Source of the DNA: Mobula hypostoma
Taxonomy: Eukaryota
NCBI RefSeq assembly: GCF_963921235.1
Contig: NC_086108.1
Coordinates: 96,226,001 to 96,290,000, forward strand
Direction: 5' to 3'
DNA: 64,000 nt
The translations under genes were made by a program, and so were the position numbers. Below are positions 37,126 through 50,142 of the stretch, in pieces. A model generated the notes under the pieces. The model was not told the origin of the DNA. It saw nothing but the letters and a program-made list of their open reading frames with translations, and ran no database searches. Position 1 is the stretch's first letter; every line of letters starts with the position of its first letter.

Positions 37126-39336
37126 CTAGCGGAAGTTAGAGAAGTCGATGTTCATGCCATCAGGTTGGAGGCTACCCAGACGGAATACAAGGTGTTGTTC
37201 CTCCAACCTGAGTGTGGCTTCATCTTTACAGTAGAGGAGGCCGTGGATAGACATGTCAGAATGGGAATGGGATGTGGAATTAAAATGTGTGGCCACTGGG
37301 AGATCCTGCTTTCTCTGGCGGACAGAGCGTAGATGCCCAGCAAAGCGGTCTCCCAGTCTGCGTCGGGTCTCACCAATATATAAAAGGCCACATCGGGAGC
37401 ACCGGACGCAGTATATCACCCCAGTCGACTCATAGGTGAAGTGATGCCTCACCTGGAAGAACTGTTTGGGGCCCTGAATGGTGGTAAGGGAGGAAGTGTA
37501 AGGGCATGTGTAGCACTTGTTCCGCTTACACGGATAAGTGCCAGGAGGGAGATCAGTGGGGAGGGATGGGGGGGACGAATGGACAAGGGAGTTGTGTAGG
37601 GAGCGATCCCTGCGGAATGCAGGGGGGGGGGAGGGAAAGATGTGCTTAGTGGTGGGATCCCGTTGGAGGTGGCGGAAGTTACGGAGAATAATATGTTGGA
37701 CCCGGAGGCTGGTGGGGTGGTAGGTGAGAACCAGGGAACCCTATTCCTAGTGGGGTGGCGGGAGGATGGAGAGAGAGAGCAGATGTGCGTGAAATGGGGG
37801 AGTTGCGTTTGAAAACAGAGTTGATGGTGGAGGAAGGGAAACCCCTTTCTTTAAAAAAGGACATCTCCCTCGTCTTGGAATGAAAAGCCTCATCCTGAGA
37901 GCAGATGCGGCGGAGACAGAGGAATTGCGAGAAGGGGATGGCATTTTTGCAAGAAACAGGGTGAGAAGAGAAATAGTCAAGATAGCTGTGAGAGTCAGTA
38001 GGCTTATAGTAGACATCAGTGGATAAGCTGTCTCCAGAGACAGAGACAGAAAGATCTAGAAAGGGGAGGAAGGTGTCAGAAATGGACCAGATAAACTTAC
38101 GGGCAGGGTGAAAGTTGGAGGCAAAGTTAATAAAGTCAACGAGCTCAGCATGCATGCAGGAAGCAGCGCTAATGCAGTTGTCGATGTAGCGAAGGAAAAG
38201 TGGGGTACAGATACCGGAATAGGCTCGGAACATAGATTGTTCCACCAAAGCCAACAAAAAGGCAGGCATAGCTAGGACCCATACGGGTGCCCATAGCTAC
38301 ACCTTTGGTTTGGAGGAAGTGGGAGGAGCCAAAGGAGAAATTAAGAGTAAGGACTAATTCTGCTAGACAGAGCAGAATGGTGGTAGAGGGGAACTGATTA
38401 GGTCTGGAATCCAAAAAGAAGCGGAGAGCTTTGAGACCTTCCTGATGGGGGATAGAGGTATATAGGGACTGGACATCCATGGTGAAAATAAAGCGGTGGG
38501 GGCCAGGAAACTTAAAATCATCGAAAAGTTTGAGAGCGTGAGAAGTGTCACAAACATAGGTAGGAAGGATTGAACAAGGGGGGATAAAACTGTGTGTGTC
38601 GACGTATGCAGAAACAAGTTCGGTGGGGCAGGAGCAAGCTGAGACAATAGGTCTGCCAGGACAGGCAGGTTTGTGGATCTTGGGTAGGAGGTAGAAACGG
38701 GAAGTGTGGGGTGTGGGAACTATAAGGTTGGTAGCAGTGGATGGGAGATCCCCTGAGCGGATAAAGTTGGTGATGGTGTGGGAGACAATGGCCTGGTGCT
38801 CCTTAGTGGGGTCATGATCGAGGGGTAAATAAGAGGAGGTATCCGCGAGTTGATGTTGTGCCTTGGCAAGGTAGAGGTCAGTACACCAGACTACAACAGC
38901 ACCCCCCTTATCGGCGGGTTTAATAGTAAGGTTAGTAGAGGGAGTGGAGAGCAGAGTGTTCGGAAGGAGTGAGGTTGGAATTGGAACAAGGTGTGGTGAA
39001 GTCGAGATGGTTGATGTCCCGTCGGCAGTTAGCAATAAAGAGATCCAGAGCAGGCAGAAGACCAGAGCGGTGTGTCCATGAAGAGGAGGAGGGTTGAAGA
39101 CAGGAAAAGGGGTCATCGGTGGGGGTGGAAGAGTCGTTGCCGAAGAAGTAGGCTCGGAGACAGTGGAAGAACAGTTCCGCGTCATGGCGAACACGGAACT
39201 GGCTGAGGTGTGGGCGAAGGGGGACAAAGGTGAGGCCCTTACTGAGGACAGAGTGTTCTGCCTCAGACAGTTGAAGGTCGGAGGGGATGGTAAAGACCCA
39301 GCACAGATGACAGCTGGGATCAGAGGGAGGAGGGGG
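37126..39336 (-). pseudogene. Penelope-like RT plus GIY-YIG endonuclease ORF, frameshifted and 5' truncated
   Basis: IKPADKGGAVVVW, LPKIHK...GRPIVS, TMDVQSLYTSIPH, GVAMGTRMGPSYA, LRYIDN, GVIYCVRCSRCGLLYIGET across several frames. Confidence 0.92.
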
Positions 39337-39777
39337 ACATTTTAATTCCACATCCCATTCTGACATGTCTATCCACGGCCTCTTCTACTGTAAGATGAAG
39401 CCACACTCAGGTTGGAGGAACAACACCTTATATTCCGTCTGGGTAGCCTCCAACCTGATGGCATGAATATTGACTTCTCTAACTTCCGCTAATGCCCCAC
39501 CTCCCCCTCGTACCCCATCCGTTATTTATTTTTATACACACATTCTTTCTCTCTCTCCTTTTTCTCTCTCTGTCCCTCTGACTATACGCCTTGCCCATCC
39601 TCTGGGTTCCCCCCCCCTTGTCTTTCTCCCTGGGCCTCCTGTCCTATGATCCTCTCATATCCCCTTTGCCAATCACCTGTCCAGTTCTTGGCTCCATCCC
39701 TCCCCCTCCTGTCTTCTCCTATCATTTTGGATCTCCCCCTCCCCCTTTCAAATCTCTCACTAACTCTTCCTTCAGTT

Positions 39778-39813
39778 AGTCCTGACGAAGGGTCTCGGCC
39801 TGAAACGTCGACT
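39778..39813 (+). ncRNA. Minimal hammerhead ribozyme motif
   Basis: AGTC CTGACGA AGGGTCTCGGCCT GAAAC GTC GACT. Confidence 0.72.
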
Positions 39814-41118
39814 GTACCTCTTCCTAGAGATGCTGCCTGGTCTGCTGCGTTCACCAGCAACTTTGATGTGTGTTACAGACATACAGTAAGTTGCTTCAAA
39901 CCCTGCAAACAGAACACAGGTTGTCAGACTCACAACTGCCATTGTCTCTGCAATATAATTTTTAAATTTAAGCATAGCCTTAATTTACTCCAACCATAAA
40001 TTGTTCCCGCTGCTACCATCCAGGAAACTGTACCGCAGCATTAAAGCCAGGACCAACAGGCTCCGGGACAGTTTCTTCCACCAGGCCATCAGTCTAGTTA
40101 GTTCACATTGACACAATTGTATTTCTAAGCTATATTGACTGTCCTGTTGTACATCTTACTGTACATACCATTTATCAAAAATTACTACAATTTGCATATT
40201 GTACACTCAGACGGAGATGTAGCAAAGATTTTTACTCCTCATGCATGTGAAGGATGCAAGAGATAAAGTCAATTCAATAACCAAGCATGACATAATCCTG
40301 TTGGACACTGATTTCTTCACGTTCTAGATATGAAATTGAGTAATTACTTTGAGTCACAAATTCAAGATGTCAAAAATCATATCTTCAAAACATCTACATG
40401 TTCAGTCTGAAATATTTCACTCAAAGGGATATAAAACAGTACAGCGTAGTACAGGCCCTTCAAGTTCACAATGCTGTGTCAACCTTTTAACCTACTCCAA
40501 GATCAATCTAACCCATCCCTCCAACATTGTTTCATCCACGATACACAGATATTTTGTGAATGGTCAACAACTTTCAACCAAGGGAATGACAGCTTCAGTA
40601 AAGGATAATTAATTGGACATTGGGATTTTTTTTTAAATGCAAACCTCATTTGCCAGAAGATTGTAAAATAGGTTCCCTTCACCTCCAATGTTAACATGAA
40701 TAATGCAGCACCAGAAAATGGTGGGGGAGGGGGGTGTGGAAATCATCACCTCCGTAAAAGCAGAATTGTGGTCAGCTTTATCTTCAAGGTTCGATGTGTT
40801 GTGCATTCAGACATGCTCTTCTGCACACCACTGTTGTTACACGTGGTTATTTGAGTTACTGCCACCTTCCTGTCAGCTTTACCACTCTGGCCATTCACCC
40901 ACAGAACCACTGCTCACTGGATGTGTTTTGTTATTCCTACCATTCTCTGTAAGTTCTAGAGACTGCTGTGTGTGAAAATCACAGGAGATCAGCCATCACT
41001 TGCATCTCATTTCTTTCCCCCATTCTGATGTTTGGTCTAAACAACTGAACCGTGACCATGCTTTTACGCACTGAGTTGCTGCCACATGATTAGCTAATTA
41101 GACATTTGTATCAAACAC

Positions 41119-41710
41119 CTAGAGAGCTGGTGCAGGGATAACAACTTGATGCTTAATGTCACCAAAACCAAGGAGATGATCGTCGATTTCAGATGGTCTC
41201 AGCCTGAGCACACACCCCTCAGCATCAGCAGCTCCACAGTGGAAAGAGAGGAAAACATCAAGTTCCTTGGGGTGCAGATCTCGGACAATCTCACCTGGTC
41301 CAGGAACACCACTGGGATTGTGAAACGGGCCCAGCAGAGAATGCATTTTCTGAGGAAGCTTAAACAAGCATCACTCCCCACTAACATCTTAACGACATTC
41401 TACAGAGGCATAGTTGAGAGTGTGCTGACCTTTTGCATCACAACCTGGTACTCCAGCTGCAGTGCTGTCGACAGAAAAGCCTTGCAGAGGGTGGTGAGGG
41501 GAGCAGAGAAGGTTATTGGGGTCTCCCTACCTTCTGTCCAAGACCTCTTTCAGAGTCGATGTCTCTAGAAGACACGGTACATCATTAAAGACCCCTCACA
41601 CCCTCTCCATGAACTGTTTGTTCTTCTGCCATCAGGCAAACGTTACAGGAGCATCAAAACTAAAACCACAAGGCTACTAAACAGCTTCCTCCCACAGGCA
41701 ATCAGACTGT
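41119..41710 (+). mobile_element. Rex1/Babar-like LINE RT C-terminal fragment
   Basis: WCRDNNLMLNVTKTKEMIVDFR...KFLGVQISDNLTWS...AQQRMHFLRKL...FYRGIVESVLT. Confidence 0.8.
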
Positions 41711-41827
41711 CATAGTAGTTTCGTCTTTGCACTGTACTGCTGCCACAAAACAACAAATTGACATGTGACATACATCAAAGTTGCTGGTGAACGCAGCAGG
41801 CCAAGCAGCATCTACAGGAAGAGGCGC

Positions 41828-41863
41828 AGTCGACGTTTCAGGCCGAGACCCTTCGTCAGGACT
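41828..41863 (-). ncRNA. Minimal hammerhead ribozyme motif
   Basis: Same motif on the minus strand. Confidence 0.72.
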
Positions 41864-43265
41864 AACTGAAGGAAGAGTGAGTAAGGGATTTGAAAGCTGG
41901 AGGGGGAGGGGGAGATGCAGAATGATAGGAGAAGACAGGAGGAGGAGGGATAGAGCTGAGAGCTGGACAGGTGATAGGCAAAAGGGGATACGAGAGGATC
42001 ATGGGACAGGAGGTCCGGGAAGAAAGACGGGGGGGGGGTGACCCAGAGGATGGGCAAGAGGTATATTCAGAGGGACAGAGGGAGAAAAAGGAGAGTGAGA
42101 GAAAGAATGTGTGCATAAAAATGAGTAACAGATGGGGTACGAAGGGGAGGTGGGGCCTAGCGGAAGATAGAGAAGTCAATGTTCATGCCATCAGGTTGGA
42201 GGCTACCCATACGGAATATAAGGTGTTGTTCCTCCAACCTGAGTGTGGCTTCATCTTTACAGTAGAGGAGGCCGTGTATAGACATGTCAGAATAGGAATG
42301 GGATGTGGAATTACACTGGGAGATCCTGCTTTCTCTGGCGGACAGAGCGTAGATGTTCAGCAAAGCGGTCTCCCAGTCTGCGTCGGGTCTCGCCAATATA
42401 TAAAAGGCCACATACTTCCGCTACCTCCAACGGGATCCCACCACTAAGCACATCTTTCCCTCCCCCCCTCTCTCTGCATTCCGCAGGGATCGCTCCCTAC
42501 ACAACTCCCTTGTCCATTCGTCCCCCCCATCCCTCCCACTGATCTCCCTCCTGGCACTTATCCGTGTAAGCGGAACAAGTGCTACACATGCCCTTACACT
42601 TCCTCCCTTACCACCATTCAGGGCCCCAAACAGTCCTTCCAGGTGAGGCATCACTTCACCTATGAGTCGACTGGGGTGATATACCGTGTCCGGTGCTCCC
42701 GGTGTGGCCTTTTATATATTGGCGAGGCCCGACGCAGACTGGGAGACCGCTTTGCTGAACATCTACGCTCTGTCCGCCAGAGAAAGCAGGATCTCCCAGT
42801 GACCACACATTTTAATTCCACATCCCATTCCCATTCTGACATGTCTATCCACGGCCTCCTCTACTGTAAAGATGAAGCCGCACTCAGGTTGGAGGAACAA
42901 CACCTTATATTCCGTCTGGGTAGCCTCCAACCTGATGGCATGAACATTGACTTCTCTATCTTCCGCTAGGGCCCCGCCTCCCCCTCGTGCCCCATCTGTT
43001 ACTCATTTTTATGCACACATTCTTTCTCTCACTCTCCTTTTTCTCCCTCTGTCCCTCTGAATATGCCTCTTGCCATCCTCTGGGTCACCCCCCCCCCCTT
43101 GCCTTTCTTTCTGGACCTCCTGTCCCATGATCCTCTCGTATCCCCTTTCGCCTGTCACCTGTCCGGCTCTCGGCTCTATCCCTCCCCCTCCTGTCTTCTC
43201 CTATCATTTTGGATCTCCCCCTCCCCCTCCAGCTTTCAAATCCCTTACTCACTCTTCCTTCAGTT

Positions 43266-43301
43266 AGTCCTGACGAAGGGTCTCGGCCTGAAACGTCGAC
43301 T
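43266..43301 (+). ncRNA. Minimal hammerhead ribozyme motif
   Basis: Same motif on the plus strand. Confidence 0.72.
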
Positions 43302-43564
43302 GCACCTCTTCCTATAGATGCTGCTTGGCCTGCTGCGTTCACCAGCAACTTTGATGTGTGTTGCATATACATTCCCAGTTTGATTGATTCCAAATTATGG
43401 TGTTGTATTTCTTTTTAAACTTGCTAAAAGTTTAGGAATGTTTTCAAAGTAATATTTTAACAGGAAGAAAAAGGGTATTGATAAGGTTATTCACATTTTA
43501 AATTGTTGACTATTCCCTTAAGATACATACAAGTAGATGCGGTTAGGCTCCAGGATACTGAATA

Positions 43565-43840
43565 TAAGCAGCATGGTAGTGAAATGGTTAGCACAACACT
43601 TTACTGTAGCAGCGACCCAGGTTCAATTCCTGGAGTTTGTACGTTCTGCCGTGACCACATGGGTTTCCTCCGGGTGCTCCAGTTTCCTCCCGCAGTTCAA
43701 AGATGTACCAGTTGGTAGGTTATTTGGTCATTGTGAATTGTCCCATTGATTAGGCTGGGGTTAAATCAAGGGGGTTGCTGGGCAAAGTGACTTGATGGGC
43801 CGGAATGGCCTTTTCCGCGTTGTATCTCAATTTAAAAAAA
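43565..43840 (+). mobile_element. V-SINE/HE1-like SINE
   Basis: tRNA-like head with ggttcaattcc B box, core gggtttcctccgggtgctccagtttcctccc, tail gggccggaatggcc. Confidence 0.75.
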
Positions 43841-43854
43841 GTCCTTCATTTGCA

Positions 43855-44140
43855 TCTTTTTGGGTGTTTTTGATTTGCCTTTTAGCTGGTTCAGCATAAC
43901 ATTGTGGGCCAAATGGCCTGTTCCTGTGTTGTATTGTTCTATGTTCTATATTAGATAGAGGCTTTTAAGAGACATTTGGATAGGCACATGGACGTAAGGA
44001 AGATGGAGGGATATGAACATTGTGTAGCTTAGAGGGACTAGTGTTTGGGTGTTTTTGATTTGCTTTTTAGCTGGTTAGGCACAATATTGTGGGCCAAATG
44101 GCCTGTTTCTGTGCTGTACCATTCTATGTTCTATGATCTA
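43855..44140 (+). mobile_element. Two tandem CR1 3' ends
   Basis: tgggtgtttttgatttgc...attgtgggccaaatggcctgtt...ttctatgttctat occurs twice. Confidence 0.75.
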
Positions 44141-45924
44141 TTAAAGAATAGTTAGGATATGATGATTGGTTCATGAGAAATATTGTCAAAAATATTACCT
44201 GAACGTAGTCAAGGGAAAATTAGTTATAAATTAAGAAACATACTGATCCAAGGCTAAAGAATATGAATAGAGCAAATACTATGGCGGACAGTTTGTAAGA
44301 AGAGTGAGATATTTTGCAAGCTGGTGAACTAAAGCTAATATTAATTCACCTCTTCTATGATGGAATATTGTTATAACTGCATGAATTCTATCAGCATTTT
44401 ATGGAAATTTGTCAGCTTGATGTTAGAATGTTAATATCCACATGAAATGTTTAGAACTGGTATGTTAATATACGAAATAAACTGAACTGTTAGTTCTCAC
44501 AACAGGTATAAGACAGACACATTACTATTTCATAGTAATGCCTGAGTAATCAGGGATAGAAATAGTTCAGAAGTATTTTTACTAAATTTCAGTAATTTAC
44601 GAGGCAAATGCAGGTTTAATCATATAGTACAGATATTCACATAATCAACATTTTTAATCATATAATTTATGTCAGTAGCTGAAGAGAAATTGATTTTTTT
44701 TTTAGTAACATTGTGTGTCTGACTGTGCAAGTAAAATGGCCATTCTTTCTTTTCTCACCTTCTCTTCCAGGAAGGCAGATTTTAAAAAATTTATAAATCT
44801 CTTCTTTCTTTATTACAGAGAAATTTTTATATATATATATATAATAATCAGTATTCACTATTTTTGTGTGTTCTTATGTAGTTCTCCATTTAGAAATGTA
44901 TTTATCTTATTTCACTGGAGATTTACTTGATCCTTGACATTTGGGTTTGAGCTGAGTGGGTTTTATTTTTTGTATTAGCAAATGTAGACTTTCTTATCTG
45001 ATGTACTCTGGGACTTTTTAGCATAATTTCAACTGTAGGCCCACCACACAAAGCCAAATTAGTGATCCTATTTGATAGATAGTTTCAGCATGGTGTTTAA
45101 AAACAGAATATTCACATGTCTCAGGCAGTGTGTTGAGACCTGCCTGCCCCTCACTATGTGCTACTGGTCGATTGATGAAGAGCCCAGAACTTCCTCGTGC
45201 TCAATGTTTAAGTGCCCTGACTTGCTGAACACAGAAAATATCTCTCAGAAGAAAAGTACAGATTGGAATTAAGAGGAAAAAGAGAAATAAGAGCAAAACC
45301 AATGAAAAATTCAGATCACAGAATATAATTGATGGTGTTTATGGAGAACCCCCGTGTCATTGACATTCCCACATGGTGATAGGTGACAGCAGTAAAAAAA
45401 ATACTTATGGAAAAGTAACACTAAAAATTAAATATATAGTTCAAAGATAGCTCCAAGACTTTTCTTTGTGTTACTGCACATTCTATTGACAGAGCCCTTT
45501 GCTGCAGTATACTCCCCTCTGGGCAATGTAAATTCTCCAGGAAATGGCAAGATCTTTATCGTAACCTGTTTCCATTTGAGAGAGAGACGGTTCATCGTTA
45601 TCTGAATCCAGCATTGACCTAATGACATTATTTCTCAGCAGTAAGTGTTGGGGAAACAGTGTAGCTGAGCAATACGTGTAAAGAAAACGGTTTTAGGATT
45701 CATCATATAACTATGCACTGTCACCACTTTATTGGTGTCCTTTTTGTATCTGGAGGAGTAATTCAGATTTTAAGGGAATTAAGGCATGTAGGGTTAGTGC
45801 AGGAAAGTGGTATGAAATCAGTCGTTATCTTAATTGAATGGAAAAGCAAATATGTACAAGGAGATGGGTTGCATACCTCCGCTTCATTTTCTTGTGTCCT
45901 TGTGTATCCCTTGGGTAAAATTAC

Positions 45925-46610
45925 ATGAGGATTAGAGAGAATGTTTTATGAGGATAGGTTGAACAAACTAGGCTTTTCTCTTTGGAGTGAAGAAGGATGA
46001 GAGGTGACTTGAAAGAGATGTATAAGATGATAAAAGACACTGAGTAGACAGATAGCACTTTTCTTTCAGCCCAAAAATGGCTACCATGAGGGGGCATAAT
46101 TTTAAGGTGATGGGAGGAAAGTACAGGGGTAATATCAGGTTAAGTATTTTTTTTACACACATTGGATTGAAGGTGCATGGAATGCACTGGTGGGGATGGT
46201 GGTAGAAGCAAATACATTAAGGACATTAAAGTGACTCTTAGATAGGCATATAGATGAAATACTCAAAGTAAATTTATTATCAAAGTATGTATGTCACTGA
46301 GATTCATTTTCTTGTAGGCATTCACAGAAGAACAAAGAAGTACAATACAATACACTGAAATACTGCATACAAAGACTGACAAACTGTAAATACCAAAATA
46401 AAGTAATAAATAAAGAAACTGACCAAAACAAACAAACAAACTGAGAACATGAGTTGTAGAGCACTTGAAAGTGAGTTCATTGGTTGTGGAATCAGTTCAG
46501 AGTTAGGGTGCTAGTTCAGGAACCTGATGGTTAACGAAGCATCAGATTGGTTAAAAGGTTGTTACAACATCTTGGGCTGAATGGCCTGTACTGTGCTGCA
46601 CTGTTTCATG
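45925..46610 (+). mobile_element. CR1 3' fragment interrupted by a Rex-like LINE tail on the minus strand
   Basis: CR1 C-terminus 45925-46260; caaagtaaatttattatcaaagta...tcagttcag insert; CR1 tail resumes near 46545. Confidence 0.65.
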
Positions 46611-46689
46611 ACTGGGAGCACCCCCCATATGAGATTTGGTCAATTTAAGCAAATCTCCAAGATCACATGTATCAGTCTCACAGTGGAAT

Positions 46690-48835
46690 AAATGGAGTTA
46701 CAGAGGCATAAGAGAGGAGCTTGCCCAGGTGGATTGGAGGAGGATACTGGTGGGGATGAGGGCAGAGCAGAGATGGCTGAAGTTTCTGGGAATAGTTCAC
46801 AAGGCGCAGGATAGACACGTCCCACAGAAACGGAAGTTTTCAAATGGCGGATGTAGGTAATTGTGGCTGACAAGGGAAATTGAGGACTGCATAAAAACCA
46901 AGGAAAGGACATATAAGGTGGCAAAAGTAAGTGGAAAGTTGGATGATTGGGAAGCTTTTAAAATCCAACAAAAGGCAACTAAAAAAGCTATAAGAAGGGA
47001 AAAGATGAAATACGAGAGCAAGCTAGCCAATAATATAAAGCAGGATACCAAAAGTTTTTTCAGTTATATAAAGAGTTAAAGGGAGGTGAGAATTGATATT
47101 AGACCACTGGAAAATGATGCTGGTGAGGTAGTAATTGGGGACAAAGAAATGGCACATGAATTTGACAGGTACTTTGCATCATTCTTCACTGTGGAAGACA
47201 CTAGCAGTGTGCCAGAGGACCATGAGTGTCAGGGAACAGGAGTGAGTGCCATTGCTATTACAAAGGGGAAAAGTACCAGGCAAAGTCATTAAGGTGGATA
47301 AGTCACCTGGACCAGATGAACTACATCTCAGAGTCCTGAGAGAAGTTTCTGAAGAGATAACACATGCATTGGTCATGATCTTTCAAGAATCACTTGATTC
47401 TGGCATGGTCCTGGAGGACTGGAAGATTGCAAATGTCACCACTTTTAAAGAAGGGAAATTATAGGCCAGTTAGCCTAACCTCAGTGGTTGGGAAGGTATT
47501 GGAGTCTATTATTAAAGATGGGGCTTCACGATACTTGGAGAGAAATGATAAAAATAAGTCAAAGTCAGCATGGTTTCTGTAAAGGGAAATCTTGCCTGAC
47601 AAACCTGTTAGAGTTCTTCGAGGAAGTAACCAGCAGGGTGGACAAAGGAGAGGCAGTGGATGTCATTTACTTGGATTTTCAGAAGGCTTTTGATAAGGTG
47701 CCACACGAGGCTGATAAACAAGGTAAAATCCTATGGTATTACAGGGAAGATACTGGCATAGATAGTGGAATGGCTGACAGGTAGAAGGCAGTGAGTGCGA
47801 ATAAACGGGGCCTTTTCTGGTTGACTGCCGGTGACTCCTGGTGTTCCTCAGGGGTCAGTATTGGGACTGCTGCTTTTCACATTGTTTGTCAATAATTTAA
47901 ATAATGGAATTGATCGTTTTATGGCAAAGTTTGCGGATGGTACAAAGATAGGTGGAGGGGTAGGTAGTGCTGAGGAAGCGATGCGATTGTAGCAGGACTT
48001 AGACAAATTAGAAAAATGGGCAAAAATGTGGCAGGTGGAATAAAGTGTTGGGAAATGTATGATAATGCATTTTGGAAACAGGAGCAATAGTGCGGACTAT
48101 TATCTAAATGAGTAGAAGATTCAAACATCAGAGGTGCAGAGGGACTTAGGAGACCTCGTGCAAGACTCCCAGAGGTTAATTTACAGGTTGAGTCTGTGGT
48201 AAAGAAGGCAAATTCAATGTTGGCATTTATTTCAAGGGGAATAGAATATAAAAGCAAGGAGATAATGCTAAGACTTTATAAGACACTGGTCAGGCCGCAC
48301 TTGGAGTATTGTCATCAGATTTGGGCCCCATCTTACAGAAAGGATATGTTGTCATTGGAGAAAGTCCAGAGAAGGTTCACATGGATGATTCTGGGAATGA
48401 ACGGGTTAATATGAGGAGCGTTTGGCAGCTTTGGGCCTGTACTCACTGGAATTTAGAAGAATGCAGTGGGATCTCATTGAAACCTATCAAATGTTGAAAG
48501 GACAAGATTGGGTAGATGTGGAGAGGATATTTCCTACGATGGGGTATCCAGATCTAAAGGGCGCAGCCTCAAAATTGAGAACAGAAGTAAGGAGGATTTT
48601 TTTTAGCGAGAGAGCAGTGAATCTGTGGAATGCACTGCCACAGACTGTAGTGGAGGCCAAGTCCGTGCGTATATTTAAAGCAGAAGTTGTTTGTTTCCTC
48701 ATCAGTCAGGGCATCAAAGGATATGGCGAGAAGGCAGGTGTATGGGGTTGAGTGGGATCTGGGATCACTCATGATGGAGCAGATTCGATGGGCTGAATGG
48801 CCTAATTCTGCTCCAATGTATTGTGGTCTTATGTT
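46690..48835 (+). mobile_element. Long disrupted CR1 ORF2 and 3' end
   Basis: [49 protein letters not shown] with many frameshifts. Confidence 0.92.
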
Positions 48836-49359
48836 TAATACTTGGTCATATTCATCAAAACTGTTAGTCTCCAGCTTTATTTTTCTTACTTTCAGAGGTC
48901 CCAAAATGAGAAAAGTTTGGGTAAAGATAATTTAAAAATACTATTTTAGCTGAAGACTGAAAGAGGAGGTACTTCCAAAATATTTATTAATACCAAAACA
49001 ACAAAGAGTGGACAGGAGAGGCTTTTCTTTTCCTATACTGATCTTTGTTGAGAAAGCAAAATTCACAACAGCAATTAAGAGTTTTAAAAGGGAATAAGGA
49101 AAAGCATAACGTGGAACAAAGTTGATCATAATCAGACTCTTAGGCCAGATTATATTATGTGAAAACATACAAGTGTTGACAGTCCATTTCCTGCAAGTTT
49201 GCTCTGCCATTCACAAAGATGATCTTTGGCCTCAACGCCGTTTTTGTTCCCACCCACAATCTGTCTGTGCCTTAAGTATATTTACTGAATTACTGTCCAC
49301 GGCTCTCTGAGCAGGAGAATTACAATGATTCACGATCCACTAAAGAAATTTCTCTACTC

Positions 49360-49710
49360 TCAGAATCAGAATCAGGATCAGGTTTAATATCGCTGGCATA
49401 GGTCATGAAATTTTTTCAGCTGTTCCTGAATCACTTAGTGTGTGGCTTTAGGTTCCTGTACCTCCTTCCAGATGGTAGCAATAAGAACAAGGCATAGCCT
49501 GGCTAATGGGGGTCCTTAATGATGGACACCGCCTTTTTGAGGCATTGCTCCTTGAGGGTGTCCTGGATACTATGATGACTAGTGCCCAGTGATGGAGCTG
49601 ACTAAGTTTACAACTCTCTGCAGTAGCACCTTCCCCACCCATACCAGACGTAGGTGTAGCCAGTTAGAATGCTCTCAACTGTACATCTGTGGAAATTTGT
49701 GAGTGCCTTC
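49360..49710 (-). mobile_element. Rex1-like LINE 3' fragment
   Basis: (agaatc)n tail; minus-strand LLPSGRRYR-type C-terminal motif. Confidence 0.6.
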
Positions 49711-50142
49711 AGCCTTAAGTGACTGATCCCTTATTCAGAAATCATACTAACGAGTTCTTGACTCCTCCATCTGCCCTGCTGCACCACTCAATAGCTGTAT
49801 GTTTCAAGGTGATCACATCTCATTCTTCTAAACTCCAGAGAGCATAGACCCTTCTGCTCAGTGGGTACCATCTCCATCTCAGAAATTAATTGGAGAACAT
49901 TTGATGGAAGACAAGTATACCTTTCGTATTTCATTCATCTACTTAATGAGCGATGTGCAATTAATTCACTCCCTTTAGGGTGGAGTGGAGATAAATATTT
50001 AAATGTTTTCCACCATCATCTTTCTATTGGGTAGGAATGCTTACATTGCCACAGTGAAAAATTATTTTGGTTTGCTCTTAGTGCGCAGCGCCAAGGATTT
50101 AATAGGCTATTTGTTTCAGTGTAATTAGTTTAATAGTTTAAC

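Larger units (their letters stand above)
36697..43364. mobile_element. Composite Penelope insertion (four arms plus 1.9 kb internal non-PLE DNA) with 13 bp TSD
   Basis: TSD ATATACATTCCCA at 36684-36696 and 43365-43377; arms 36697-39336 (-), 39337-39874 (+), 41768-42413 (-), 42414-43364 (+). Confidence 0.8.

Noticed and set aside
36697..43364. Simple inversion between two independent PLE insertions
   Set aside because: It would leave different outer flanks and reverse-complemented TSDs inside; a direct 13 bp repeat is observed outside instead.
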